Of a stretch of 64,000 nt of DNA, positions 1-13,200 are shown piece by piece. This DNA is from Macrostomum lignano. Lineage: Eukaryota. The notes under the pieces were generated by a model that saw nothing but the letters and a program-made list of their open reading frames with translations, did no database searches and had not been told where the DNA came from. Where the stretch lies: contig NIVC01002326.1 of the NCBI GenBank assembly GCA_002269645.1, positions 28,563 through 92,562 of the forward strand, written 5' to 3'. The stretch's first letter is position 1; each line of letters starts with the position of its first letter. The position numbers and the translations under genes are program-made.

Positions 1-420
1 TCAAGATACCCGATCCTATCAATCAAGATACCCGATCCCATCAATCAAGATACCCGATCCCATCAATCTAGATACCCGATCCCACCAACCAATCTAGATA
101 CCCGATCCCATCAATCAAGATACCCGATCCCTATCAATCTAGATACCCGATCCCATCAATCTAGATACCCGATCCCACCAACCAATCTAGATACCCGATT
201 CCATCAATCTGGACACCCGATCCACACCAATCTAGATACCCGATCCCCATCAATCTAGATACCCGATCCCATCAATCAAGATACCCGATCCCCACCAATC
301 TAGATACCCGATCAGCATCAATCCAGATACCCGATCAGCATCAATCCAGATACCCGATCAGCATCAATCCAGATACCCGATCCCCACCAATCTAGATACC
401 CCGATCAGCACCAGTCCCCC
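1..420. repeat. ~23-bp minisatellite (ATCAATCTAGATACCCGATCCC) in intron 2 of the DCAF8-like gene
   Basis: Direct tandem periodicity. Confidence 0.9.
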
Positions 421-459
421 ATCAACCTAGGATTCCTAGAAACGCGAGGCCGGACCCAC

Positions 460-2130
460 CTGTCTGGCCCACTGTCCCGGCCTGGCCAGGTGCCGGTCCC
501 GCATCAGGCCGAACAGTCCGGCGTGATGGGTCAGCGGTGCATCCCAGTTCAGGCAGGCGTCAACTTCCCGGTCGGTGATGCCAGCATCGGCGCCACCGAC
601 GCCGCCGCCAGCTGCCGGCCGACCGAAGCTGTTGTCCTCATCGTCGCTGTCGTCCTCCTCGTCGTCGTCGTCTTGCTCTTCCTCGAGGACCACTTCTTCG
701 ATGTCCTCGGCGCCGCCAGACCGCCTTGACGCGGAGGCGGCGGCGGCGGCAGCGGCCCCGTCGGCTGAGGCGTCGCCCTCCTCGCCGGCCGAGGTCTCCA
801 CGGACTCGATCCGGTAGAAGCCGCGCCTGGTGCGCCGGCCGGACTCAATGGAGCCGTCGGCCGACAGGGCAGCCGGACTGTCCACCCGGCTGCTGCCACA
901 CTCGGCCGCGGACGAGTCGCCAAGCAGCAGGCGTTCCCGGCGCAATCGGGAGCGCTGCAATTGAAGGCGGCTGCTGGCGCGACTGCCGCTGTTCACGTTG
1001 GAGTCGTCCGTCTCCTCCTGGGTTGAAGCAGAAAAACAGCTTTGATCACTGTGACCACTTTGAGCACTAGGGCAATCAGGGGATTCTGCTGAACGATTAA
1101 CTAGATAACTGGTGGTTGGCACCCGTGCCCTCAATTACCCCAGCTAATGCTGGCACCCATTTTACAGCTGGGTGAACTGAAGCAATGCAGAGTTAAGTGT
1201 CTTGCTCAAGGACACAAATTGCTCCGAATGGATCGAGAATTGAACCCCCGACCTTCCAGTCGTGAGTCCGATGCTCTAACCACTAGGCTACAACCCCTAA
1301 TAGGCTACAACCCCCTACTAGGCTAAAACCACATTGAAAACCAGTTGATTCCCTTGACAACCAGTTCATTCCCTTGACAACCAGGTAATCACGTCGACAA
1401 CCAGTTGATTCTCTTGACAACCAGGCAATCACGTTGACAACTAGTTCATTCTCTTGACAACCAGGTAATCACATTGACAACCAGTTGATTCTCTTGACAA
1501 CCAGGCAATCACGTTGACAACCATTTCATTCTCTTGACAACCAGGCAATCACGTTGACAACCAGTTCATTCTCTTGACAACAAGGCAATCACGTTGACAA
1601 CCAGTTGATTGCCTTGACAACCAGTTGATTCTCTTGACAACCAGGTAATCACATTGACAACTAGATGATTCCCTTGAAAACCAGGTGAGTACTTTGATAA
1701 CCAGGTAAATTCCTTCACAACGGGGTGATTTCATTGACAAGCAGATTAGCTTAGCAAGCTAAGCAGTTACAATACATGCCAGTAGGGTACTTGCTGGTCA
1801 GCTATGTTACTCCCTTGTAAAAAAGTGACCCAAAAATTCGGGTGATATCCTAGCAATCTTGATCCACCGGGAAGTTATGAGAACCCTACAAGAAGTGTAT
1901 ACTTGAGTACTTCAAGAGTCACACTTAAGGACAAGCCAGCTGTCAACAGAACACATCAAATAGGCTCAGCAGGCTCGGCTTACCCCGCCAGCAATTTGAA
2001 TGTCGATTTCATCCTCGGCCCCATCGACATCCTCGGCATCATAATCATCTTCGAGCTCCATAGCCGCTTCATCGGGCACAGGAGGCTGCTGACGGCAATC
2101 AACGCCAGCAACCTGCTCCAGCTGCTCCAT
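460..2130 (-). CDS. 5' part of a gene with a long acidic, low-complexity N-terminus; possibly DCAF8/WDR42A-like (continues past the window start)
   Basis: Exons 2130-1984 (ATG; donor GGG|GTAAGC) and 1017-460 (acceptor TGTTTTTCTGCTTCAACCCAG|, donor CAG|GTGGGT) join in phase 0. The E/D-rich tract followed by LMRDRHL..QWARQ recalls the pre-WD40 segment of DCAF8. No WD40 repeats are visible in the window, so the identity is tentative. Confidence 0.5.
1135..1292 (-). mobile_element. tRNA-derived CORE-type SINE (3' truncated) in intron 1 of the DCAF8-like gene
   Basis: Minus-strand A box TAGCCTAGTGG (1290-1280) and B box GGTTCAATTC (1246-1237). The plus strand reads CCCATTTTACAG...GTTAAGTGTCTTGCTCAAGGACACA, closely resembling the MIR/CORE domain. 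Confidence 0.7.
1345..1740. repeat. ~20-bp alternating minisatellite (TTGACAACCAG core)
   Basis: Direct tandem periodicity. Confidence 0.85.
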
Positions 2131-2619
2131 CAGGTTTTCACCGTCGGATGAAGCTGCCTGTGTTGGCAAGTCGTGCCGCGCCGGTTGCTGGGAATTTCCA
2201 GTCGAAGAGGATTCCTGCAAAAGTACATGTTGTTAGTACTTTTATAATGCGCGAAGTATAGCACTTCTCGGGCAAATATTAAATTCACTAATTCTCATTA
2301 GTAACAATATAGCCGACCAACTCTAACGGGATTCATTACATGGAACGGCAAAGCACAAGTTCAGAAAGACAAACATGAAATAATTTTTTTGTCCAAGAGC
2401 CTTAATCAGGGCTGTAGCCAATGTTTATTTCTGTTTGTCAGTAATTTACTACTACTACTACTAAGAATATTCCAGTAGCATATTAGACGCACTGCAACAA
2501 ATTTTTAGAAAATGCACGAATAATTTAAGAAGCAAATGATATGAACTGCAACTGTCAGTCGGGGAAATAATGCAGCGGAAGTCCTGGACGCTCTCTGATT
2601 TGGTTCCTGTAGCTGAATC

Positions 2620-3065
2620 TGGCACTTGGAACTTGAAAAATGGCGGCCCGGTTTTCAAATCTGGCACTTGGAACTTGAAAAATGGCGGCCCGGTTTTCAA
2701 ATCTGGCACTTGGAACTTGAAAAATGGCGGCCCGGGTTTTCAAATCTGGCACTTGGAACTTGAAAAATGGCGGCCCGGGTTTTCAAATCTGGCACTTGGA
2801 ACTTGAAAAATGGCGGCTCGGTTTTCAAATCTGGCACTTGGAACTTGAAAAATGGCGGCTCGGTTTTCAAATCTGGCACTTGGAACTTGAAAAATGGTGG
2901 CCCGGTTTTCAAATCTGGCACTTGGAACTTGAAAAATGGCCACCAGGTTTTCAAATCTGGCACTTGGAACTTGAAAAATGGTAGCCCGGTTTTCAAATCT
3001 GGCACTTGGAACTTGAAAAATGGCGGCTAGGTTTTCAAATCTGGCACCTTGAGTTTTGAAAAATG
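2620..3065. repeat. 42-bp minisatellite containing AAAATGGCGGC
   Basis: Unit AAATCTGGCACTTGGAACTTGAAAAATGGCGGCCCGGTTTTC, ~10-11 copies. Confidence 0.95.
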
Positions 3066-3175
3066 GCGACTAGGTTTCGAAATCATTTAATCACGATTTC
3101 CACATAATTGAAACAATTCACAACCTCAATTAATTAATATGCAAATCAGGAAGGACGCCAAAAACGCCAAAATCG

Positions 3176-6100
3176 TCACTGCTTGGACTTGACATCCATG
3201 ACAACTCGAATGCCCTGGCCGGCCAGTTCTGAGCACAGGTAGCGCCACACGTGACCGACTCGCACCGTGACGATGCCAGGACTTCCAGCGCCGTCTCGCT
3301 GCTGCTGCTCCCGGCTGCTGCTCTCGTCGCAGGCGCTGCACACCCAGCCTTCGTCGTCGGCGCCGGCCTCAGCGGTGGCAGCGGCGAACATCGGGGCCAA
3401 CAGGCTGCCGCAGGCGGAGCAGACGCGAACGAAAGCGCCGTCGGAACAGTCGACAAGCCTGTCCTGGATGACGTAGGCGGCGCCGTGCGAGATTAGCGAG
3501 TCGCGTTCCATCTCGCCTAGTCGAACGCCGCCGCCAATTTTGCGACCTTTGGCCGGCTGGCGGAATGTGTTGTCTATTGGGCCGGTTGATCGCACCTGGA
3601 GTTCCGGTTCGCTTGGATTCTTAGAATTCTTGGAAGCTACAGGTATAAAACGGACAGGTGAAAGGGAGAAGATAGGGCTTCTAATGACAAGTGGGAAAGA
3701 GGCTCTTGAGAGCAGAGAAAAAACGGGTCATTCAACGGCAAAGGGGTCATTTATAAAGGGCAAGCAAAGGGGTCATTTAAGGACACGAGAAGGGGGTCAT
3801 TTAAGGACAAACAAAGGGGGTCATTTAGGGACAAGAATAGGGCGTCATTAAAGGACACGAAAGGGGGGGTTTATTTAAGGACAAGCAAAGGGGTTCATTC
3901 AGGGACACGAAAAAGGGTCATTTAAGGATGAACAAAGGGGTTTATTCAGCGAAACGAAAAGGGGTCATTTAAGGACAAACAAAGTGGGTCGTTTAAGGAC
4001 ATGAAAAGGGGTTCATGAAAGAACAAGCAAAGGGGTCATTCAAGGACAAACAGGGGGATCATTTAAGGACACGAAGAAAGGGGGGCCGGGGTCATCTCGG
4101 TCATTTAAAGAATAGGGGGGTCATTCAAGGACACGAAAAGGGATTCATTTAAGGTCAAGCTTGAAAGGGGTCATTCAAGGACAAAATGAAACAAAGGGAT
4201 CATTTAAGGACACGTAAAGGGTCATTACCAAAAGTTAAATGTTTCTACAGACGGGTGAAAATGAGATCACTCAAGGACAGATGAAGGTCAGTACAGACTG
4301 GGCCATACGCGGCCATATACGCAACAAAAGCCCCAAAAAGCAGCAGGCACCGCAGTGAAAAAAGCAACTCGCCTGGAACTTGTCGGCAACCATGTGGCGC
4401 AGGCGCTGATAATAGACCATGCCGACAAAGATCTGCGCCTCCAGCAGGCGGCCAGTGAAGCCGCAGTACATCGGCTCCGTGCACCATCTGTCGAAGCCGT
4501 GCCGCTGAAGCACGTCGGCGTAGTCTTCAAATAGCGGCGCGTCGATTTCGCCGTCGCGTTGAAAAGCCGTAGCGTCGACGCAGTCGCCAGACAGTGCGGC
4601 GGATTTGCCGGCGAGGAATTCCAGCATCATGCCGACAGTCATGCGGGAGGGGAACCCGTGCGGATTGAAGATGATGTCTGGCACGATGCCAGTCGGAGTG
4701 AACGGCATGTCCTCGGCGGGCAGCAGCAGACTGTTGACACCTTTCTGGCCGTGCCGAGAGCTGAACTTGTCGCCGATGTCGGGCCTGCGAGGCAGACGGA
4801 CGGTGAGGGTGGCCCGGTGCGGCTGACCGGCGGTGCTCACGCACTCCAGGTAGCCCGGGTCGCCTTTGTACCGGACTACCGTGTGGTGCCGGGTCTCGTC
4901 GCTGGGGGGGGGGGGTTGAGATGGCGGCATGGAGATTAAACACAGCAGCGAGATGGCGCTTGAGAGTGACATTTCCCTGCATACATGAGCCGATAGGGAG
5001 TGACATTTCCCTGCATACATGAGCCGATAGGGAGTGACATTTCCCTGCATACATGAGCCGATAGGGAGTGACATTTCCCTGCATACATGAGCCGATAGGG
5101 AGTGACATTTTCCTGCATACATGAGCCGATAGGGAGTGACATTTCCCTGCATACATGAGCCGATAGGGAGTGACATTTCCCTGCATACATGAGCCGATAG
5201 GGAGTGACATTTTCCTGCATACATGAGCCGATAGGGAGTGACATTTCCCTGCATACATGAGCCGATAGGGAGTGACATTTCCCTGCATACATGAGCCGAT
5301 AGGGAGTGACATTTCCCTGCATACATGAGCCGATAGGGAGTGACATTTCCCTGCATACATGAGCCGATAGGGAGTGACATTTCCCTGCATACATGAGCCG
5401 ATAGGGAGTGACATTTTCCTGCATACATGAGCCGATAGGGAGTGACATTTCCCTGCATACATGAGCCGATAGGGAGTGACACTTCCCTGCATACATGAGC
5501 CGATAGGGAGTGACACTTCCCTGCATACATGAGCCGATAGGGAGTGACATTTCCCTGCATACATGAGCCGATAGGGAGTGACACTTCCCTGCATACATGA
5601 GCCGATAGGGAGTGACACTTCCCTGCATACATGAGCCGATAGGGAGTGACATTTCCCTGCATACATGAGCCGATAGGGAGTGACATTTCCCTGCATACAT
5701 GAGCCGATAGGGAGTGACATTTCCCTGCATACATGAGCCGATAGGGAGTGACATTTCCCTGCATACATGAGCCGATAGGGAGTGACACTTCCCTGCATAC
5801 ATGAGCCGATAGGGAGTGACACTTCCCTGCATACATGAGCCGATAGGGAGTGACATTTCCCTGCATACATGAGCCGATAGGGAGTGACATTTCCTGCATA
5901 TATGAGCCAATAGGGAGTGACATTTCCTGCATATGAGCCGATAGGGAGTGACAGTTCACCTGTAGTAGCAGTAGACGGGATCGCCGGGCTGCAGCGGTGT
6001 CCCGATCGGCGGGAAGCCGTCCGCCTCGATGCCCGAGGCCGCCGGCTCCGGGCCGAACACGCCGAATCGCAGCGGACAGGCCGGTGCTGCCGCGCCGCTG

Positions 6101-9100
6101 CTCGACTGCTGCTGTCGACGACCACCGCCACCGCTGCCACCGCCGCCGCCTTCAAGCTTGGTGAGGTCGATGACCTGCGACTTGTAGATGCAGGCGTCAG
6201 CTAAGCCGCGGTCGTAAGCCGCTTTGTTGATCACCATGGCGTCCTCCATGTCGTAGCTGCGAGTGGAGCGTTTGATGCACCGTTTTGGATTAATGTCTAA
6301 TACAGTACAGCTGTGGTGCCACTAATACAGTACAGCTGTGGTGCTGGTGCCACTAATACAGTACAGCTGTGGTGCCACTAATACAGTACAGCTGTGGTGC
6401 CACTAATACAGTACAGCTGTGGTGCCACTAATACAGTACAGCTGTGGTGCCACTAATACAGTACAGCTGTGGTGCCACTAATACAGTACAGCTGTGGTGC
6501 CACTAATACAGTACAGCTGTGGTGCCACTAATACAGTACAGCTGTGGTGCCACTAATACAGTACAGCTGTGGTGCCACTAATACAGTACAGCTGTGGTGC
6601 CACTAATACAGTACAGCTGTGGTGCCACTAATACAGTACAGCTGTGGTGCCACTAATACAGTACAGCTGTGGTGCCACTAATACAGTACAGCTGTGGTGC
6701 CACTAATACAGTACAGCTGTGGTGCCACTAATACAGTACAGCTGTGGTGCCACTAATACAGTACAGCTGTGGTGCCACTAATACAGTACAGCTGTGGTGC
6801 CATTAATACAGTACAGCTGTGGTGCCACTAATACAGTACAGCTGTGGTGCCACTAATACAGTACAGCTGTAGTGCCACTAATACAGTCCAGCTGCGGTGC
6901 CACTAATACAGTCCAGCTGTGGTGCCACTAATACAGCAGCACGGTACAGCAACAACAAAGGTTAAAAACAAAGAAAAGAAGCGAGCCTCACCCAGTGTAA
7001 GAGACCACAGCCACAATGGCATTGAACCCGAGCGCATTGTCGCTCATGCCGTACTTATCAAAGGTATTAGTTTTAACCATAGGCTTCTGCGGACACAGTA
7101 ATCTGTACAGTTTATTGTCAGACCGATGCCTGTAGCTGTTATAGCTGTGACCCATGGACTGCTTGCCCATCTGGCACTGGTAGATATTTCTGGGACTCTG
7201 ATTGAAATCAGGGAACGGGGTTAGGCCGGCAACGAAGCTAAATATAGCATTCTTATCGCACTCGCAATGGGTCGAGTCTGGCTGCAACGATTTTTCATCA
7301 ATTGCGATGCCCAGAAAGCACTGCTCGTAGGGCCCGATGTACTCTAAGCAGTTGCTGACCAGATTGCGGACCGGCCGGAGCAGCCGAGCCGAGTCGCTGA
7401 ATAGGTAGAGGCCCGGATAGGGGCCAGCAGAGCCGGCGCCGCGCGGCGTTACCAAGGCAACCTCCAGGGTTCGGGGCACTAGGCGAGCTCGCCGCGAACC
7501 CGACGGTGGCGACGTCTGCAATGGTGAAGAAAGTCTTAGAGATGCCAGTGGGTTGGAAGCGTGGGAGTACGGAATGAAATAATCACGTGACTAAATTTAA
7601 TTTCAGTGAAGTACTGTCTACAATCACGCGACTGAACTTGGCCTCGATTATCACGTGACTGAACTTGGCCTTGATAACCACGTGACTGGACTTGGCCTTG
7701 ATAATCATGCGACTGAACTTGGCCTTAATAATCAGTAATCACGTGACTGAATTTGGCCTTGATAACTACGTGACTGAACTTGGCCTTGATAATCACGCGA
7801 CTGAACTTGGCCTGAAAAATCACGTGACTGAATTTGGCCTTGATAACCACGTGACTGAACTTGGCCTTGATAATCACGCGACTGAACTTGGCTTTGATAA
7901 TCACGTGACTGAACTTGGCTTTGATAATCACGTGACTGAACTTGGCTTTGATAATCACGCGACTGAACTTGGCCTTGATAACCACGTGACTGAACTTGGC
8001 CTTGATAATCACGTGACTGAACTTGGCCTTGATAATCTCGTGACTGAACTTGGCCTTGATAACCACGTGACTGAACTTGGCCTTGATAATCACGCGACTG
8101 AACTTGGCCTTGACAATCTCGTGACTGAACTGGATTATCCCGTGATTGAAGTTTGGCATAAAGGTAGTTGTGATTAACCATGCAAGGTAAAATTGATGTC
8201 GCAAGAAAATCGCTATCAACAGCCGGTTCACCTTTTGCAGCCGCAGCCAGTTGGCCAGCCCGACAGCCAGCCGGGGCGGCACCAGGCCGCACAGCACGCC
8301 GTCCAGTAGCACAGGCAAGCAGGTCTGCAGGTCCTGACTGAGCGCGGATGCTTCATTTAACGGCACCAGGCCGCGCAGGCACATCTCGGCGGTCAGGCTG
8401 GCCCGATCCGGTCGCTCCGGCGAGCTGACTACCAAGCAGGCGGCGGTGAGATGATTCAACAAGCCGCAAGGTGTACCGTCTGGCGTGTGCACCGGACAGA
8501 TGAAGCCCCAGGTCTCCGGTAGCAGGCGCCTAACCGCGGTAGTTCGCATCTCGGTGAAAAAAGCGCCCCGATGTACGGCGCGAAAATGGGCGGCAAATCT
8601 TAGCCGATTGATATTGTCGCCGGGCACCACCAGACCGGTGTTCTGCAGCAGCAGCAGGCTCTGGCTGTTCAAATTGCCTGTGGCCATGAAATTCTCCATC
8701 GCGGCCGTGATGTCGTGCGAACACAGGCCTACTGCCGTTTTTATTGCGTCGCTTATGGCTGCCTGGTTGCCGGCTTGGGCCTTGGCCAGCTTCTTCTCCA
8801 TCAGGCGCTGCAAGGTCAGCAGCCATCTGTAGAGAATGTCGCGGAGCACCTGCGACGGAGCGGAGGTAGGGAGGCAATGCAAGAGCTTAAGCTCTGACTC
8901 TGCGATGAGATATTATGCTCGTGAAGTGAATCTATATGAAATCTCATTCTCGGTTTGCAACTAGGAGCGTATATAAGATAAAATCTAACCGTGAGATTTC
9001 TATTCTAAAAATCTCACTATGAGATTTTGACCCTAGCATGCGATCTCACCAAAAGATAACGACCCTAGAATGAGATCTCACCATGAGATTACGACCCTAG

Positions 9101-9619
9101 AATGAGATCTCACCATGAGATTACGACCCTAAAATGAGATCTCACCATGAGATTACGACCCTAGAATGAGATCTAATCATGGAATTACGACCCTCGAATG
9201 AGATCTAACCATAATACTCCGATCCTAGTATGAGATTTGATCATGAGATTACGACTCTAGAATGAGATATAGATTGCATCACTAGGTGTAAGCATTGTCC
9301 CTCTCCAGCCGCACACCTGCAGATAGAGATGACCGGGCAGCAGCAGCTCCTGGAACATCAGGCTATCGTTGGATTCAACGGCGCACAGGCCACGTACGCT
9401 GGCGTGCAGTTTGCGCAGCATCAGGCAGAGCAGGTAGAACTTGTCAGCATCCGATTCGCAGTGGGTGAGCACGGAGCGCTGCATCAGATGGCGGCCAAGG
9501 TCCAAGTCGCTGGCGTCGGCCGGTACGCGCAGCTTTTGCCTGGCAACCGGGCGACGGGGAATAAATGTACAGAGAGCTACAGGTGCGGCGTCAGTTGCTG
9601 ATTGACTAACTAACTAGCC

Positions 9620-9668
<49 letters not shown>

Positions 9669-9743
9669 GCTAACTAACAAACTAACAAACTAACAAACTA
9701 ACAAACTAACGAACGAACGAACGAACTAACTAACTAACTAGCC

Positions 9744-9796
<53 letters not shown>

Positions 9797-9799
9797 GCC

Positions 9800-9842
<43 letters not shown>

Positions 9843-9991
9843 AAACTAACAAACTAACGAACGAACGAACGAACGAACGAACTAACTAACTAACTAACAA
9901 ACTAACGAACGAACGAACGAACTAACTAACTAACTAGCCAACTAACTAACTAACTAACTAACAAACTAACTAACTGACTAACTAACTAGCC

Positions 9992-10024
<33 letters not shown>

Positions 10025-10099
10025 GCTAACTAACAAACTAACAAACTAACGAACGAACGAACGAACGAACGAACTAACTAACTAACTAACTAACTAGCC

Positions 10100-10172
<73 letters not shown>

Positions 10173-10175
10173 GCC

Positions 10176-10240
<65 letters not shown>

Positions 10241-13200
10241 GCCAACTAACTAACTAACTAACTAACTAACGAACGAACGAGCTAACTAACTAACTACCGA
10301 ACTAACTAACGAACTAAGTCAAGACTGTTTCTCACCTGAAAGAGTGACCAATATACTTCAACACAGACTGGCGCGTCTTGAACTGGTCGGAAGACTGCAG
10401 ATACAGCAGTGCCTGCTTGGCCATGAATAATAGTGACGGGTCACCGCTGCCGCTGCCAATGCCCGTGTGGCTCAGCACAATGGCCTGGTACATCTCGGCT
10501 GGCGAGCCATCGAACAGGGCCCGCAGCAGAAGCCCAACTGGGGCGTAGAACTGCTCCTTCTCGTAGGTGAAAGCCATCACCGGGTCCGAGCCGTTGCGCC
10601 AGTGTAAAATGTTTACGCTGGCGGTCTGATGGCGTTTTTCAATCATAATAATTATTTTTACTGTTTTAATGGGATTTAGGATGACGGAGAGAGGGGTCAA
10701 GGAGGTGGGGTTGGAGGGACAAGAATGGAAACAACCGAGAGTGAATGAGCGATTGGGAAGCCAATTAAGCGATGGGATCAATGAGGACATTGGATCATTC
10801 AGGTGATGGGATCAATGAGGACATTGGATCATTCAGCTGATGGGATCAATGAGGACATTGGATCATTCAGGTGATGGGATCAATGAGGACATTGGATCAT
10901 TCAGGTGATGGGATCAATAAGGACAATGGATCATTCAGCTGATGGGATCAATGAGGAAATTGGATCATTCAGCTGATGGGATCAATGAGGACATTGGATC
11001 ATTCAGCTGATGGGATCAATGAGGACATTGGATCATTCAGCTGATGGGATCAATGAGGACATTGGATCATTCAGCTGATGGGATCAATGAGGACATTGGA
11101 TCATTCAGCTAATGGGATCAATGAGGAAAATGGATCATTCAGCTGATGGGATCAATGAGGACATTGGATCATTCAGGTGATGGGATCAATGAGGACATTG
11201 GATCATTCAGCTGATGGGATCAATGAGGACAATGGATCATTCAGCTGATGGGATCAATGAGGACAATGGATCATTCAGGTGATGGGATCAATGAGGACAA
11301 TGGATCATTCAGCTGATGGGATCAATGAGGACATTGGATCATTCAGCTGATGGGATCAATGAGGACATTGGATCATTCAGCTGATGGGATCAATGAGGAC
11401 AATGGATCATTCAGCTGATGGGATTAATGAGGACAATGGATCATTCAGCTGATGGGATTAATGAGGACAATGGATCATTCAGCTGATGGGATTAATGAGG
11501 ACATTGGATCATTCAGCTGATGGGATCAATGAGGACATTGGATCATTCAGGTGATGGGATCAATGAGGACATTGGATCATTCAGCTGATGGGATCAATGA
11601 GGACATTGGATCATTCAGGTGATGGGATCAATGAGGAAATGGGATCATTCAGGTGATGGGATCAATGAGGAAATGGGATCAATGAGGAAATGGGATCATT
11701 CAGCTGATGGGATCAATGAGGACATTGGATCATTCAGGTGATGGGATCAATGAGGACATTGGATCATTCAGCTGATGGGATCAATGAGGACATTGGATCA
11801 TTCAGCTGATGGGATCAATGAGGACATTGGATCATTCAGGTGATGGGATCAATGAGGACATTGGATTATTTAGGTGATGGGATCAATGAGGAAATGGGAT
11901 CAATGAGGAAATGGGATCATTCAGGTGATGGGATCAATGAGGAAATGGGATCATTCAGGTGATGGGATCAATGAGGACATTGGATCATTCAGCTGATGGG
12001 ATCAATGAGGACATTGGATCATTCAGGTGATGGGATCAATGAGGAAATGGGATCATTCAGGTGATGGGATCAATGAGGAAATGGGATCAATGAGGAAATG
12101 GGATCATTCAGGTGATGGGATCAATGAGGAAATTGGATCATTCAGGTGATGGGATCAATGAGGAAATGGGATCATTCAGCTGATGGGATCAATGAGGACA
12201 TTGGATCATTCAGGTGATGGGATCAATGAGGAAATTGGATCATTTAGGTGATGGGATCAATGAGGAAATGGGATCAATGAGGAAATGGGATCATTCAGGT
12301 GATGGGATCAATGAGGAAATGGGATCATTCAGGTGATGGGATCAATGAGGACATTGGATCATTCAGCTGATGGGATCAACGGACATTGGATCATTCAGCT
12401 GTTGGGATCAACGTGGACATTGGATCATTCAGCTGATGGGATCAACGTGGACATTGGATCGTTCAGTTGGATAAAAAATGAAGAGACATATCAAGATTCC
12501 AGATCAGGTCAGGATAATCCCCCAGCTTCACCTCGTCGTCGGTAACGCAGCGCACAATGACGGCCTTGTCGGAGAACCATTTTCCTTTCTTAACAAAGGA
12601 AGGCCGACACACGGATATGGGATAATTCCTCCTGGGCATAATTAGCATTCGGATAATCCGCTCGTTGCCATTGACAATAAAATAACCGCCTGCCTCGTTG
12701 TGCTCCTCGTGAGCCGCGACCAGCTCGGCCCCAGATTTGCCAAACAGGCTGCACACTCGGGACCGGACCATGATTGGCACGCTGCCAAGCCGGGTGTCCA
12801 GCGACTCCACCAGCTGGCCGTTGACCCGGAATTCTAGCCGGCCAACCAGGCCGCCAGTATAGGTGGCGCCCGAGCGGCGGCACTGGCTGGGCAGCAAGGG
12901 CCGCTGGCTCAGCTCGTCTGTTGGCGACTTCAGCTCCAGACTGGCGATTGACACCTTGGAGATTAGGGATTGGGAAGCATTTAATCTGGATCTTCAGTTG
13001 GTCTCTCTCCCCTGATGCTTCAGCGGGTCTCCCTGATCCCCTGATGCTTCATTGGGTCTCCCTGATCCCCTAATGCTTCATTGGGTCTCCCTGATCCCCT
13101 GATGCTTCATTGGGTCTCCCTGATCCCCTGATGCTTCATTGGGTCTCCCTGATCCCCTGATGCTTCATTGGGTCTCCCTGATCCCCTGATGCTTCATTGG

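Noticed and set aside
436-1134. ORF-track start at 1134 and stop at 436 as a single-exon gene
   Set aside because: The 5' part overlaps a SINE and intron. A strong acceptor at 1018 and donor at 459 define an internal exon.
1225-1292. Functional tRNA gene
   Set aside because: It has A and B boxes but I could not pair an acceptor stem, and it runs directly into a CORE domain, so it is a SINE head.
4271-6155. Long ORFs (562, 542, 324 aa) with [15 protein letters not shown] repeats
   Set aside because: These are read-through of the 34-bp intronic array; only the flanking POLR1B exon parts are coding.
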